The notes under the pieces: generated by a model | Database searches by the model: none | What the model was told of the DNA's origin: nothing | What the model saw: the letters and a program-made list of their open reading frames with translations, nothing else | Shown here: piece after piece, positions 8,915-21,928 of the stretch | Numbering within the stretch: the stretch's first letter is position 1 | How the letters are laid out: every line of letters starts with the position of its first letter | Program-made: the position numbers and the translations under genes | Source of the DNA: Chiloscyllium plagiosum | Lineage: Eukaryota | DNA: 43,694 nucleotides | Assembly: GCF_004010195.1 (NCBI RefSeq) | Contig: NC_057749.1 | Coordinates: 25,617,614 to 25,661,307, forward strand | Reading direction: 5' to 3'

Positions 8915-11290
8915 GACAGAAACTTGGCTGAGAAATGGAGGCAAGTAGGGAGGGGAAGGAGTTGGTGTTTTTGATTAAGGAACACATTACTGCTGTAACT
9001 ATGGAAAATATTTCTGAAAAATCGTCCAGTGAAAATATATAGGTAGAAATTACAAAAAATAAAGGAAAGATAACTTTGATGGGATTGTACTATCGCTCCC
9101 CCAATAGTAAGAAGGGAATTGAGAAACAATTATATAGGGAGATCTCAGATATGTATAAGCATGATCAGGTTGTAATAAGGGAAGATTTTAATTTTCCAAA
9201 CATTGGCTGGGGCTACCACAATGTTAAAGGTTTGGATGGTGAAGAATTTTTCAAACGTGTTCAAGAAAATTTTCTTTATCAATATGACGATGCTCTTACT
9301 AGAGAAGGAGCAAATTTAGACCTCCTTTTGGGCAATAGGGCAGGGCAGGTGACTGAAGTTAAAAGGAGGGGAATGCTTTGTGTCTCACGATCATTATTCT
9401 ATTAGTTTCAAAATGGTTATGGAAAAGGAGAAGCTTTCCATAAAAATTAAAGTTTTTAAATTAGAATAAGGTAAAGTTTAATGGTATGAGACAAGAACTT
9501 TCAAAAGTTGATTGGAATAGACTGTTCACAGGTAAAAGGTCTTCTGGCAAATGGGAGGCATTCAAGAGTGTGATGATGAGTTCAGAGGCATTTTATTCCT
9601 GTTAGAGTGATTGGTAAATCTGGTAGGATTAAGGAACAATGGATGAATAAAGATATTGAGGTTCAAGAACAAAAGAGAATCTTATTTTAGATATAGACAA
9701 TTGAATCTCTTTAACAATATAAAGAGTGTAGAGGCATTCTTAAGAGAGAAATCAGGAAGGCAAAGACGGGTTATGAGATAGCATTGGCAGATAAGATTAA
9801 GGTTAATCCAAAGAGATTCTACAAATATATTAAGAGAAGAGGATAACTAGAGAGAGGGTAGGCCTTTTAAAGATCAAAGAAGTCATCTTTGCATTGAATC
9901 TCAGGATATGAGAGATATACTAAGTGAATATTTCACATCAGTTTTTACTGTGGAGAAAGAAATGAAGTCTAGAGAATGCAAAGAAATAAACTTTGATGTT
10001 TTAAAAACAGTTCACATTACAGAAGAGAAAGTTTGGAAGGTCTTAGAGAACATAAAGGTGGATAAATCTCCAGGACCTGATTTAAGGTATGCCAGAACGT
10101 GGTGGGAAGTAAGAGAGGAAATTATGTGACTCCTTGCAGAAATATTTGCATCATCCATATGCCTGATGACTGGAAGGTGACTAATATTATACCTTTGTTT
10201 AAGAAATGTTGTAAGGAAAAACTAGGGAATTATAGACCTGTGAGTCTGACTTTGCTTGTGGGTAAATTGTTTGAAGTGATTATAAAAGGTAGGATTTATA
10301 GACATTTAGAGAGGCAAAAATTGATTAAGAATAGTCAGCATGGTTTTGTGCAAGGAAACGCATGTTTCACAAACTTGATTGAGTTTTTTTGAGAAAGTTA
10401 CCAAAAAGTTTGATGATGGCAGAGCATTAGATGTTGTTTATTTGGATTTTAGTAAAGCCTTTCATAAAGTTCCGCATGGTAGATTTATTAGTAAAATTAG
10501 GTCACATGGGATTCAGGGTGAACTTGCCCAATTGGATACATAATTGACTTAATGGGAGGAGACAGAGCGTAATGGTGGAGGGGTTGCTTTTCAGACTGGA
10601 GGCCTGTGACCTAATTTTACTAATAAATCTACCATGCGGAACTTTCACAAGGGATCGGTTCTGGGTCCTCATTTGTTTGTCATTTATATAAATTATTTGG
10701 ATGAGAGTATAGAAGACATGGTTAATAAGTTTGTGGATGACAATAATTTTTTTATGATTACAAAAGGATCTTGACCAAATGGGTTGAAAAATGGCAGATG
10801 GAGTTCAATCTGGATAAATGCGAGGTATTGCATTTTGGTGCAATAAACAAGAGTAGAGCTTATACAATTAATAGGGTCTTGTGTAGTGATGTAGAACAGA
10901 GGGACCTAGGGGTGCAAGTACATAATTCTTCAAAGTTTGCATCACACATAGACAGGATGGTTCGGAAGGCATTTGGCACACTTGCCTTCATTGCTCAGTC
11001 CTTTGAGTGTGGGAGCTGGGAAGTCATGTTGAGGTTATACAGGTCATTGCTGAGGCCTCATCTGGATAACTGTCCAGTTCTGGTCGTCTAGTTATAGAAA
11101 GGATATTATCAAGTTGGAGAGGGTTCAGAAGAGATTTACCAGGATGTTGACGGGGAAGGAAGGTTTGATCTATAAAGGCTGGATAGGCTGGGATTTTTTT
11201 ACTTAAGTGTAGGAGGTTGAGAAATGATATGATAGAAATTTATAAAATAATGGTAGTTGTCTTTTCCAAAACCAGGGCACACCATTTCAA
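8915..11290 (+). mobile_element. Decayed CR1 ORF2 (APE endonuclease + RT)
   Basis: TETWLR, YYRSPNS, DFNFPNI, KSPGPD, GNYRPVSLT, SQHGF, LDFSKAF, KWQMEFN; many stops and frameshifts. Confidence 0.92.
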
Positions 11291-11294
11291 GGTG

Positions 11295-12064
11295 ACCCCG
11301 AAGAGTGCTAGCAAACCTACCCTCCAGGATATTGGTGCCCTTCTGGTTCAGGTGCCACCCGTCCTGTTTGTACAGGTCCCATCTTCCCCAGAATGCAGTC
11401 CAATTGTCCAAATATCTGAAGCCCTCCCTCCTACATCAGCCTTGCAGCCACGTGTTCAACTGCACTCTCTCCCTATTTTTTGCCTCACTGTCACGTGGCA
11501 CCGGCAACAACCCAGAGTTGACGACTCTGTCTGTCCTAGCTTTTAGCTTCCAGCCTAACTCCTTGAGCTCTTGAATGTCCTCCCCACCCCTCTTCCTACC
11601 TATGTCGTTGGTGCCAATGTGTACCACGACTTCTGGCTGCACACCCTCCTCCTTAAGGATTCTGAAGACACGGTCTGAGACGTCTCGGACCCTAGCACCT
11701 GGGAGGCAACAAACCATCCGTGAGTCTCGCCCATGTCCACAGAACCGCCTGTCCGTCCCTCTAACTAGAGAGTCCCCTATAACTAGCGCTCTCCTCCTCT
11801 TCCCCCTTTCCCTACTGAGTCTCAGAGCCACAGACCCCTTCACTGCAGCTTACACCTGCAACGCTGTCCCCCCCAACAGTTTCCAAAGCTGTATACTTAT
11901 GTTTTAGGGGAACGACCACAGGGGAACCCTGCACTGCCTGCTTCTTCCCCTTCCCACCTCTAACTGTTACCCAGCTACCTCTGTTTTCCGGCGTAACTAT
12001 GTCCCTGTAGCTTCTATCAATCACCCTCTCAGCCTCTCGAATAATCCTCAGTTCATCCAACTCC
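11295..12064 (-). mobile_element. CR1 ORF1 fragment (SGNH esterase domain)
   Basis: LVIGDSLVRG, VVHIGTNDIG and DGWHLN motifs in ORFs 11436..11843 and 11199..11411. Confidence 0.9.
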
Positions 12065-12140
12065 AATCAGTGTCAGTTTGTTTGGGAAGCCACAATCTTA
12101 ACTATTTGCTCCCTTCCCCACTGTCATCTGATCACAGTAC

Positions 12141-12447
12141 CATAGAATCCCTATGGTACAGGTAAAAAAACCATTTGGCCCATCACGTCTGCGCCAACCC
12201 TTTAAAGACTGTCCCACCCCCATCCTACCCCCACATTTACCGTGGCTAATCCACTTAATCTGCACACTACAGGCAATTTAGCATGGCCGATCTTCCTAAC
12301 ATGTAAATTTTAAGGCTGTGGGAGGAAACCCTCACAGACACGGGAAGAATATGCAAACTCAGCGCAGACAGTCACCCAAGGCTGGAATCGAACCCAGGTC
12401 CCTGGTACTGTGAGATGACATTGCCAACCACTGAGCCACCGTGCTGC
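12141..12447 (-). mobile_element. HE1/V-SINE-like SINE
   Basis: Reverse complement of the SINE head, body and tail. Confidence 0.85.
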
Positions 12448-13051
12448 AGTAGTATAGTGTATATACTAGGGACAAGATGTACTGTAGCTCACCTCGCAAC
12501 TTTAACTAGCAGCTTCCCTTCCAAACCTGCAGCCTCTGCTACTCAGGGAAACAAGGACAATGGGTATATCACCCCTTCACTGAGTCCCATTTGACTTAAA
12601 ACTGAATTGTCTTTCCACCATCATTAGTTCTTTAATATCCAGAATCTCTCACATTCTGTCAGCCCCTACAGCACATGAACTACAGTGATTTAATGTTGTA
12701 GCTCATTACCATCTTCTAGGGGTAAATTATAAATGCCAACACCTGATGATCTTGCCAGCAACTTTCATATCTGACAAATGAATAAATGCTTGATTGAAAA
12801 TTGCGTCCAAGTTTCTTCAACAAAAGAAGTGAGAATGGTATGTTCTTGTTCATAAGCCATATTTTAATGCTTCATTAATTAAAGGTTTACCTGCCAAAAA
12901 TGTCAGTCAGTGGTAGTGTTACCAGTATATGATTATGGGTGTGCCATTATGCTCGGAATGCGTTATGAGCTGCACATCACGATTATTACACCATATCCTA
13001 ACTACGAAATTTGAATCCACTCCAGTCATACTATTTTAGATTGTCAAATAA

Positions 13052-13187
13052 CACCAAAATACTGTGGAGTTTGGAAACAAAGGCAGAGAACGCTGGAGAA
13101 ACTCTACAGGCCTGGCAGCATCTATTGGAGAGAGAAATAGAGTTAATGTTTTAATAAGGGTCTGATATGACTCTTTTTGTCAGAACC
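13052..13187 (-). mobile_element. Decayed PLE terminal repeat (family B)
   Basis: gctggagaaactc..ggcctggcagcatct..gagagagaaatagagttaatgttt...gactc..tcagaac. Confidence 0.6.
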
Positions 13188-13856
13188 CAGCTAATGGCTC
13201 ACAGTGCTTCACAGATGCCCAGCTTTGCAGTGCTAGAACTGTTCTGAATTTATCCCAATTTAGCAAGGTGATAATGGATAAAACATGATGGATAGTAGCA
13301 TCGTTGTGAAGATAGGGTTTCTGCAGTGCTGTATGGTGTTTATTCCCACTGAAACTTTCGTAGAAGGATACATCTGTTACATATAGGCTGGTGAGGGCAA
13401 GTTCCTTTCATTCATTCTCTCTTCACCTGCTACATGTCCACCAAGAAGTACATGAGAGGCTTGGTGCAATACAGTCACACTTGGAGATGAGCATTGAAGC
13501 CCATCACCCAGAGTACATTCTGTTTCCCACTCTCAGTTGTCTAATTGATTTTTAACATGGAGAGGAGCTGTTTTATCAGCTGAGGGAGGGTAACAGGTGA
13601 CTTCTTCATGTTTAACCCCAGCTGGTTAATCTTCAGTTCGTTAATTTCAATGAGTAGGGAGTGTGATTTTTGTCAATCAATTGTCATATTAAAATTAATT
13701 TATATCTTTTGATATTTCATTGCAAAAAGGTAAAAGAGGCTGCCCAAATGCGTATTCAGGTGGTCACGGACAATGCTCTTAAATTAAACTGATGAGGAGT
13801 CCCGACAGACTGCCTTACTGCAGGGACAGTCTTGGTCGCACAGCAAGTGCTGATTG

Positions 13857-14159
13857 AGATTAGATTAGATTTCCTACAGTGTGGAAACAGGCCCTTCGGC
13901 CCAACCAGTCCACACTGACCCTCCGAAGAGTAACCCACAGCAGACCCATTTCCCTCTGACTAACGCACCTAGCACTATGGGCAATTTTGCATGGCCAGTT
14001 CACCTGAACTGTACATCTTTGGACTGTGGGAGGAAACCCATGCAGACACGGGGAGAATGTGCAAACTCCACACACAGACAGTCACCCAAAGCTGGAATCA
14101 AACCTGGGACCCTGGTGCGGTGAGGCAGCAGTGCTAACCATTGAGCCACCATGCCACCA
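13857..14159 (-). mobile_element. HE1/V-SINE-like SINE
   Basis: Full-length copy with (agatt)n tail repeats. Confidence 0.9.
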
Positions 14160-14429
14160 CTGAGGGCATTGGGTGAGAATTGAATAGGTTGTGTTTTGTC
14201 TTTCACCAGCATCTCTCTCTTGGATTGGCTTGATGAAGAATGTTTTGGTTCAGATCCTCTTTAGGGTGGCTTGCCCACTGTCATCCAATGGACCCATGTT
14301 TGATTGGAGCTTCTGACATTCCATTGTCACCCTGTTAACAGAAGAACAAATCATCAATAGCCTTGAGATAATTTTTTTATTCATTTATGGGCTGAATTCA
14401 TTTGAGATGAATTCATCAAGGGTTATCAA

Positions 14430-14757
14430 AGGCCTAGTGGTGTTATTTGTGAATCAGTAATTATGAGCCCAATGTAACACTCTGGGAGCATGGTTCAAAG
14501 CCTACCAAGGTAGATGATGTAATTTAAATTGAAATTTTAAAACTTTAATGATGACCATGCAACAATTGTTGTTTAACAAAACCCCATTTAGTTCACTAAT
14601 TACCTTCAGGGGAGGAAATGTTCCATTCTTACCTGGTCTGACTTACATGTGACTCCAGACCCACAGCAATGTATTGGACTCTTAGCTGCATGCTGGGCAA
14701 TTGTTGCCAAATTAACCAGTGACACCCGCATCCCACGGGTGAATTTTAAAAAAATAA
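14430..14757 (+). mobile_element. Second SINE family (possibly SacSINE1/DeuSINE-like)
   Basis: ggcctagtgg/ggttcaaa Pol III-like boxes; body shared with the 22608-22965 copy; A-rich end. Confidence 0.65.
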
Positions 14758-15204
14758 AAGACACTAGTAAGGTCTGTCCCTGATATTGTTGTGTTTTTGC
14801 CTGGATAAGGATATGAAGCCAAGGGGAGTGGATGGAGTTAAGATACAGATCAGATATGATCTCAGTTAACAGCAGAACAGACTCCAAGGTTGAATGAAAT
14901 CCAAGTACATGTTCCCATGTTCCTGCCTTGCCAGTGGTCATTTTGTTTAAAGAACAGAGATTACCATCAGGATTTCACTCTATTTGCTCAATTAAATAAA
15001 ACAGAGACCAACAGTTACTTCTTGAACCAATTCAACAAAATCCTCGCGAAAATAAAACAAGCTGGAGCCTTGTTTATTGTGGAAATTAAAACTATCAAGC
15101 TAATGCATGCACAATTTCCTACGAATTGCCTGGGCTGCTCACCATCATCTTCTCAGGGGAACTGGGAACAGACAGCAAATACTTGCCCAGACAGTGATGC
15201 TTGT

Positions 15205-15521
15205 GTCCCACAGTGGTCCCTGTGGTTAGCACTGCTGCCTCACAGTGCTGGGGACCCGGTGCAAGTATATGTATGGTGTTTGCACACTCTCCCTTTGTCT
15301 GCGTGGGTTTCCTCTGGGTGCTCTGGTTTCCTCTCTCAGTCTAAGATGTGTAGGTGGATTGGCCATGCTAAATTGCCCTGTGGTGTGCAGGCGAGATGGA
15401 TTAGGTATGGTAAATGTAGGGTTACAGGGAGAGGGTGGGTCTGGGTGGGGTGCTCTTTGGAGGCTCAGTGTGGACTTGATGGGCCAAATGGCCTGTTTCC
15501 AAATTGCAGGGATTCTATGAA
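15205..15521 (+). mobile_element. HE1/V-SINE-like SINE
   Basis: tggttagcactgctgcctcacag head, body and tail. Confidence 0.85.
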
Positions 15522-15754
15522 TCAAAAAAAAGAACAACACAGAGAATGCAATGTGGATGATGAAGGTTGCTGGATTATGTGTTTATTGGAAGACAGTGCT
15601 AAAAGGTACCTGTCAACTAATTCCAGTCCAACATCTTATGCGTGCAAGCAAGTATATCCTGGAGCCATTCTTTCCATTAGCAGATTTATTTTAGCCTCAA
15701 TTTAATGTTCATTTGTGAAGACACATGTGTCAATCTGAAACCAGTATGGTTTTA

Positions 15755-15875
15755 AAACAGAAAAATAAAGAGCTGGCTCAATGCCACAGATCAGGCAGCC
15801 TCTGTGGAGAAAAAACATTTTGTGTCCAATATGACTCATCTTCTCCAGCATCCACAGTATTTTGTTTGTATTTTA
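15755..15875. mobile_element. Decayed family B PLE foldback remnant
   Basis: gatcaggcagcctctgtggaga arm followed by tail tctccagcatccacagtattttg in the opposite orientation. Confidence 0.45.
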
Positions 15876-15939
15876 CAGCTGTGGAGTGAGTCTTAAGACT
15901 CTGGTGGAGACACTCACTTCAGAAATGAAGTGCCCATCT

Positions 15940-17092
15940 TTTATGACAAAATACATTGATGATGGTAGAACAGTGGATGTGGTATATAGGGATTTTAGCA
16001 AGGTGTTTGATGAGGTTCCCTGTGGTAGGCTCATTCAGAAAGTAAGGAAGCATGGTATACAGGGAAATTTGGCTGTCTGGATACAGAATTGGTTGGTCCA
16101 CAGAAGACAGAGGGTGATAATAGATGGAAACTATTCAGCCTGAAGCTCGGTGACCAGCGGTGTTCCGTAGGCTCTGTTCTAGGACCTCTGCTCTTTGTGA
16201 TTTGTATAAGTGACTTGGATGAGGAAATGGAAAGGTGATGGAGTTATGGATAGTGTGGAGGACTGTTGTAGGTTGCAACGGGACATTGATTGGATGCAGA
16301 GCTGGGCTGAGAAGTGGCAGATGGAGTTCAACCTGAAAAGTATGAAGTGATTCATTTTGGAAGGTCGAATTTGTATGCAGATGACAGGGTTAAAGGAGGT
16401 TTCTTGGCAGTGTACAGCAACAGAGAGATCTTGGGGTCCACGTCCATAGATCCCTCCATTTAACACCCAAGTTAATAGGGTTGTTAAGAAGGTAGATGGT
16501 GTTTTGGCTTTCATTCGTCGGGAGATTGAGTTTAAGAGCCGCAAGGTTATACTCCAGCTCTGGTTAGACCACAGTTGGAATTTTGTGTTCAGTACTGGTT
16601 GTCTCATTCTAATAAGGATATGGAAGCTTGAGAGAGGGTGCAGAGGAGATTTACTAGGATGCTGCCTGGAAGGAGGGCATGTCTTATGAAGAAAGGTTGA
16701 GGGAGCTACGGCTGTTCTCATTTGAGTGAAGAAGGATGAGAGGTGACTTGATAGACATGTACAAGATGATGAGAGGCATAGATAGAGTGGCTAGTCAATG
16801 ATGTTTTCCCAGGGCGGAAATGGCTATCATGAAAGGCCTTAATTTTCAGGTGCTTGGAGGAGGGTTTTGGGGAGATGTTAGAGGTAGTTTTTATTACACA
16901 GAGTGGTAGGTGTGTGGAATGCACTGTCAGCAGAGGTAGTAGAGTAATTGAAGCAACTGTTGGATAGGCACATGGATGATAGTAAAATGTAGGGTATGTA
17001 GGTTAGTTTGATCTCAGAGGAGAATAAAAGGTCAGCACAACATTGAGGGCCGAATGGTCTGTAATGTGCTGTACTGTTATATGTTCTATGTG
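15940..17092 (+). mobile_element. 5'-truncated CR1 LINE, decayed RT to 3' tail
   Basis: VDVVYRDFSKVFDEVP..WIQNWL..RRQRV; KWQMEFN; tail tgtactgttatatgttctatg. Confidence 0.9.
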
Positions 17093-17461
17093 TTAATTTT
17101 ATGTGGAGAGTTAGGATCAGGCAAACACACTCATTTTGACTTTGAAAAAATTAGTCATTTCTGTAATTACTGCAATTACTCTTTGTTCAGAGGGCTTTTA
17201 ATTTGCCTGTTTAGATCGAATTGATCTGCATGTTACTTTACAGCCTTGTCTGACAAATGTATCTTCATCCATCTTCTTGAATGAAGAATCTCAAGGCAGA
17301 ACTTCGCCTCTGGCTGAAGTGCATTGACATGTGTTTTCTGGTCCCTGAGTTTTGCCACATTTATCCAAGTAAATGCATGGTTTGTTAGGGACATGAGATC
17401 CACTTAGAGAAGCAGTGAGTGACAACAAAACCCAAGGATGATATATATTGTTGTTATGAAT

Positions 17462-18400
17462 GTGTTCAATCGTGACCATTTTCAAAAAAGAAAACAAGTC
17501 CAACTGTGGTAACTACAGGGGAACCTCCCTGATGTCGACCGATGGAAAAGTCATCGCCAATGTCCTCATCAACTGTCTCCTTTTGGCTGAGGAACTCCTC
17601 CCAGAATTGCAGTGTGGCTTCCAGCCATCGAGGGGCACAATGGACATGATTTTCACCCCGGCAACAGCTGCAGGAGAAATGCAGCAAACAGAACCTCCCC
17701 CCTGTACATGGTTGCCTTCGACCTTACAAAGGCCTTTGGCACCATCACCCAGGAAGCATTGTGGAGCATCCTCCTCCACTTTGGCTGCACTCCAAAGTTT
17801 GTCACCATCCTTCGCCTGCTCCACGATGACTTGGTAATGACAGATGACTCCCCCACCGACCCATTCCTCGCTCGGACCGGGGTCAAGCAGGGCTGTGTCA
17901 TCGGCCCAACACTGTTCCCGATCTACCTCGCAGCAATGCTTCACCTCACCTCCAACACGCTCCCCGCTGAAGTGGAGCTAACCTCCAGAACCAACAGGAA
18001 ATGATTCAACCTCTGCCCGACCACCTTCAAACCAAAACCAATGTCAACTCAAGCTGCAGGATGGGGCTGATGCTTGTGTATGTGTAAAATCAGAGAACGA
18101 ACCGCAGACTATCGTCAGCACTTTTACATGGGTCTCACCTTGAACATCCACAAGACGAAGCCTCTCCACCACCCTGGTCCAGCATTGCAGAGAGAATCCC
18201 CAATCATTGAGGTCCACGAGGTTGGGGGTGCGGTGGAGGTTGGGAGGGACCTGAGAGAATGTTGGCCACTTCCAATACCTCAAGAGTGTTCTGTTGTCCG
18301 AAGCAGTTATTAATGAAGAGATCCAGCACTGCTTCTAGTGTGTTAGTGTAGACTTCAGCCCCTTGATGCAAAGGGTACTTGTGAACAGCAACATCAGCTC
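17462..18400 (+). mobile_element. RTE-clade LINE, RT part (5' half of a split element)
   Basis: IVTIFKK..CGNYRG, LLPELQCGF, LYMVAFDLTKAF, TGVKQGCVIGPTLF. Confidence 0.88.
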
Positions 18401-19352
18401 TGTGAAGTTGTGTTCAAATAATGACCAAAATTGATGTGTGGTGTAAATAGCCTCTTTATTCAGTCACCACTGGAGTACAAGTTTGAGGCGACAATAGAAT
18501 CCTGAAATACAGCTCTTACAGAAGCATCTTACAATATAGTTCTTACATAAATTATGGTGTTACATTGTTTTATGTATAGAACACAAAGGTTTGAGGGGCT
18601 TCTGTCCTGGGAGACAGGAGATGGGTTAAGTGCTAAGTGCTGGCTGCTACTCCTGATATGATTAACAGTGTCTGTCCTGTCTGCTTGCATTTTTAAGGTG
18701 TGCTTGTCCTTTTGTCTTTTAAGTTCGTAAATGTTAGTAGAAATACTAGGCCGATATGCTCCAAATAAGTTAGAAATTGTACCTGTACTTAATAAAAGTA
18801 TAAAGGCTATTAAACTGATACCGCAGCTGATTGTGAGATTTGTTTACTATTTGCTGGTGTGAGTTTCATTCATTCATGCAATTTCACATCAGTGCTGTTT
18901 TGACAGTTAGTTTCTTAAAGGGATAACGGCCCAGTTAAAAGTACGTACTAATTGGGGAAAATGTTTGGTGTTCTGTAATCTATTCAGGTCTGAGAGACAG
19001 TTGGTAAGGGCTGATTGATACTATAATCATTTGTGGAAACATGATGGCGGGAATGGTTTTGTTCTGAATATACTACACGTATTCAGAGATAAATAGGTCT
19101 AAACACAAGGGCTGATAAGGTGTGAAAATGCAGTAATAGGTTTGAAAGGGTTGTTTTGATTGGAAAGTGTTGTTTTAATTTGGTATATCTTATAATAGCA
19201 ATATATACTACAGGACCACAGTTTTATGAATGAATGAATGAATGAATGAAACTGTTACAGTAGGGAGTGGGTTAGTAAAGGAGTTATGAATGAATAAACA
19301 TAAAGCACTTGTGAGTGGGTTAGTGAAGGGAGCTCGAATACAATATCTCACA
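18401..19352 (-). mobile_element. Putative solo LTR inserted in the RTE element
   Basis: Ends TGTGA...TCACA; flanks gctc/gatc (4-bp TSD, 1 mismatch); AATAAA on the minus strand near 18455; RTE sequence resumes directly afterwards. Confidence 0.72.
19226..19250. repeat. (TGAA)n microsatellite inside the putative LTR
   Basis: About six tandem tgaa units. Confidence 0.9.
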
Positions 19353-19990
19353 GATCCGACATCAAGCTGATGGTATACAGAGCTGTGGTGGTTCCCAGCC
19401 TCCTGTATGGCTCTGAGACGTGGACTGTCTACAGCAGGGACCTCAAGGTGCTGGAGCAGTCCCACCAATCCTGCCTGAGCAAGATCCTGACAATCCGCTG
19501 GGAAGTCAGCGTCTTTGACTAGGCCAACATCCCCAACATCGAGGCACTGACTCCCTCTCCTTGATCAGCTCCGATGGCTTGGGCACGCCGTCCCCATGAC
19601 CGACACAAGATTCCCTGAGCAGGGGCTCTACTCCCAGCTCTGAAATGGCAGGCCAGCCCCAGGTGGGACAGAGGAAGTGCCTGGGGAAGTGCAGCATTCC
19701 CACAGACACCTGGAAATCACTGACCATCCAAAAGTGGGGGAAGAGCATTTGGGAAGGGGGTCGGGCTCCTCAAGATTCACTGTCAGGAAAAAGCAGAAGC
19801 CAGGGGAAACAGCGTAAGGAATGCACTGTCACACCAACATCCCACCCAGCCCCTTCCCGTGACCACCACCTGCCCCCAGTGTAACAGAGCCTGGGGTAGC
19901 TGCATCGGTCTGTACAGCCACCTACAGACCCACCCCGAGAGTGGGAAGAGAGTCATCTCCGACTGTGAGGGACCACCGATGGTGATGAAG
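19353..19990 (+). mobile_element. RTE-clade LINE, 3' half
   Basis: KLMVYRAVVVPSLLYGSETWTVY; ends with gagggaccaccgatggtgatga tail. Confidence 0.85.
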
Positions 19991-21069
19991 TGTGTGTTTC
20001 CATTATTAATAATTCTTTTTTGGGCTTGTATCTGATTGTGAAACCTAGTTCATCTTAAAGTCTGTGGAATGATCTGGACTGTTTTTTTAAAAGTATTACT
20101 GGGAAGACACTGGACTTTTTTGAAACAAATACTTACTGGAAGAGACAGTTATGCTATGCCAACAATCTGACCCAATGTGACCTCTTGGGGAATCCTCAAT
20201 TTTAATCATTCTACCATCATTGGTCATGCCTTTTATGTGCCTGCCTGGGAAGCTCTGGAATGCCCTTTTTAAATCTCTCCGTTTCTCTTCATTTCTTTCC
20301 CCTTTTAAGATGCTGCTTAAAACCTTCCCATTTGACAAAGCTTTCAGTCATTTGTAACAACAAAAAGAACACAAAAGAAATAGTAACAATAACAACAATC
20401 ACCCCAAGACTCTTCACAGGGTATTATGAACGGTCAAACACTCTGCATGATTTTGTGCCATATGTTGCTGCACAGTGCCCTTTGGAAATGGTTCGGCTGT
20501 TTTCTTTCATTGACGGTGCTATTTAGATAGATGTTGTTGTTGTTCTTTAACCTTTTAAAACATTTTTAAAACTTCAATTTGACTCCCAATCCATCTAACT
20601 TGCTTGAGATAGACAGACTACCTGCACAATCTGATATAAAAATAATGCAAATGGGGCAAACCTCTTGCAGACACCTAGTTGAGTGATGAAGTGAAATGTT
20701 TTATTATCCAGTGCTGATGCTAAGTACTTCCAGATGTTTCACACTGGGCTATATAAGGACACAGTTTTCTGCATGCAGACAGTACTTTTTAAGAGTGAGT
20801 TTAGAATTAATTCTGGATGAGAAACTCCAATAAAAATGTCAATAGTAGTAACATATAATTGAGTACACCATGTTTATACTTAGTTTATATCTATTAATTA
20901 GTTATTTCACTGTTAAATGGTTGATAAATTGTTCTCAAATATTAACAAATAATTGCTACTGTCATCAATACTTACTGTCAGGGGTAATGGATTCAGTAAC
21001 TTTTTCCTTTCCACACATTGTATTCATTAATTTGGATGGCTCTTTTTCCTGCAATGCCTCAGTTGCAGA

Positions 21070-21570
21070 TTCATAGAATCATTTAGCTGTACTGTATGGA
21101 CCTTTTGGTCCAACTCGTCTTTGCCAACCAGATATCTTAATCTAGTTCCATTTGCCAGAATTTGGTCATAGCCCTCTAAACCCGTCTTATTCATATACCC
21201 ATCCAGATGACGTTTAAATGTTGTAATTGTACCGGTCTCCACCACTTCCTTTGGCAGCTCATTCCATACACACACCACCCTCTGTGTGAAAATGTTGTCC
21301 CTCAGGTCCTTTTATATCTTTCCCCTCTCACCTTAAACCTATTCTGCGAGTTTTAGACTCCCCCACTCTGGGGAAAAGACCTTGGCTATTCACCCTATCC
21401 ATGATTTTGTAAACCTCTATAAGGTCACTCCTCAACCTCCGACCCTCCAGGGAAAATAGCCCCAGCCTATTCAGCCTCTCCCTATAACTCAATCCCTCCA
21501 ACCCTGGCAACATCCTTTTCTGCACTCTTTCAAGTTTCATAGCGTCTTTCCTAAAGCAGGCAGACAGATT
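21070..21570 (-). mobile_element. CR1 3' fragment
   Basis: LERVQKR..LGLFSLE..WNELPKEVVE..FKRHLDGYM. Confidence 0.9.
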
Positions 21571-21704
21571 TGAACATTTCTCAAGCTTGTTTTCAAATCC
21601 CAAACCTGTGTCCTTGTACTCACTTATCCCTACAATTATCCTCCGGCCCTGAATCTCATCAGGATCTCTACACTCTTACAATTAAGGTTCTTCCATGCAC
21701 ATAC

Positions 21705-21928
21705 TCCCTGTGTCTGCATGGGTTTCTTCTGGGTGCTCTAGTTTTTTTCCCACGGTCCAAAGATGGTGCAGGTTAGGTGGGTTGACCAAGCTAAATTGCT
21801 CCATAGTGTGTATAGATGAGCAGGCTAGGTGGATTGGCAGGGTTACAGAGATAGGATAGGGGGATGGGATTCTCTTCGATGTGGAGTTGGTGGGCCAAAT
21901 TGTCTGCTTCTACGCTGTAGGGATTCTC
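21705..21928 (+). mobile_element. HE1-like SINE lacking its head
   Basis: Body ctccctgtgtctgcatgggtttc..tccaaagat..gcaggttaggtgg and tail. Confidence 0.75.

Noticed and set aside
8020..11290. Single twin-primed inverted LINE
   Set aside because: The two parts overlap in RT coverage and differ in decay and composition, so they are separate insertions.
14890..15705. 271-aa ORF
   Set aside because: It runs through a SINE and unrelated flanks and has no recognisable domain; probably a chance open frame.
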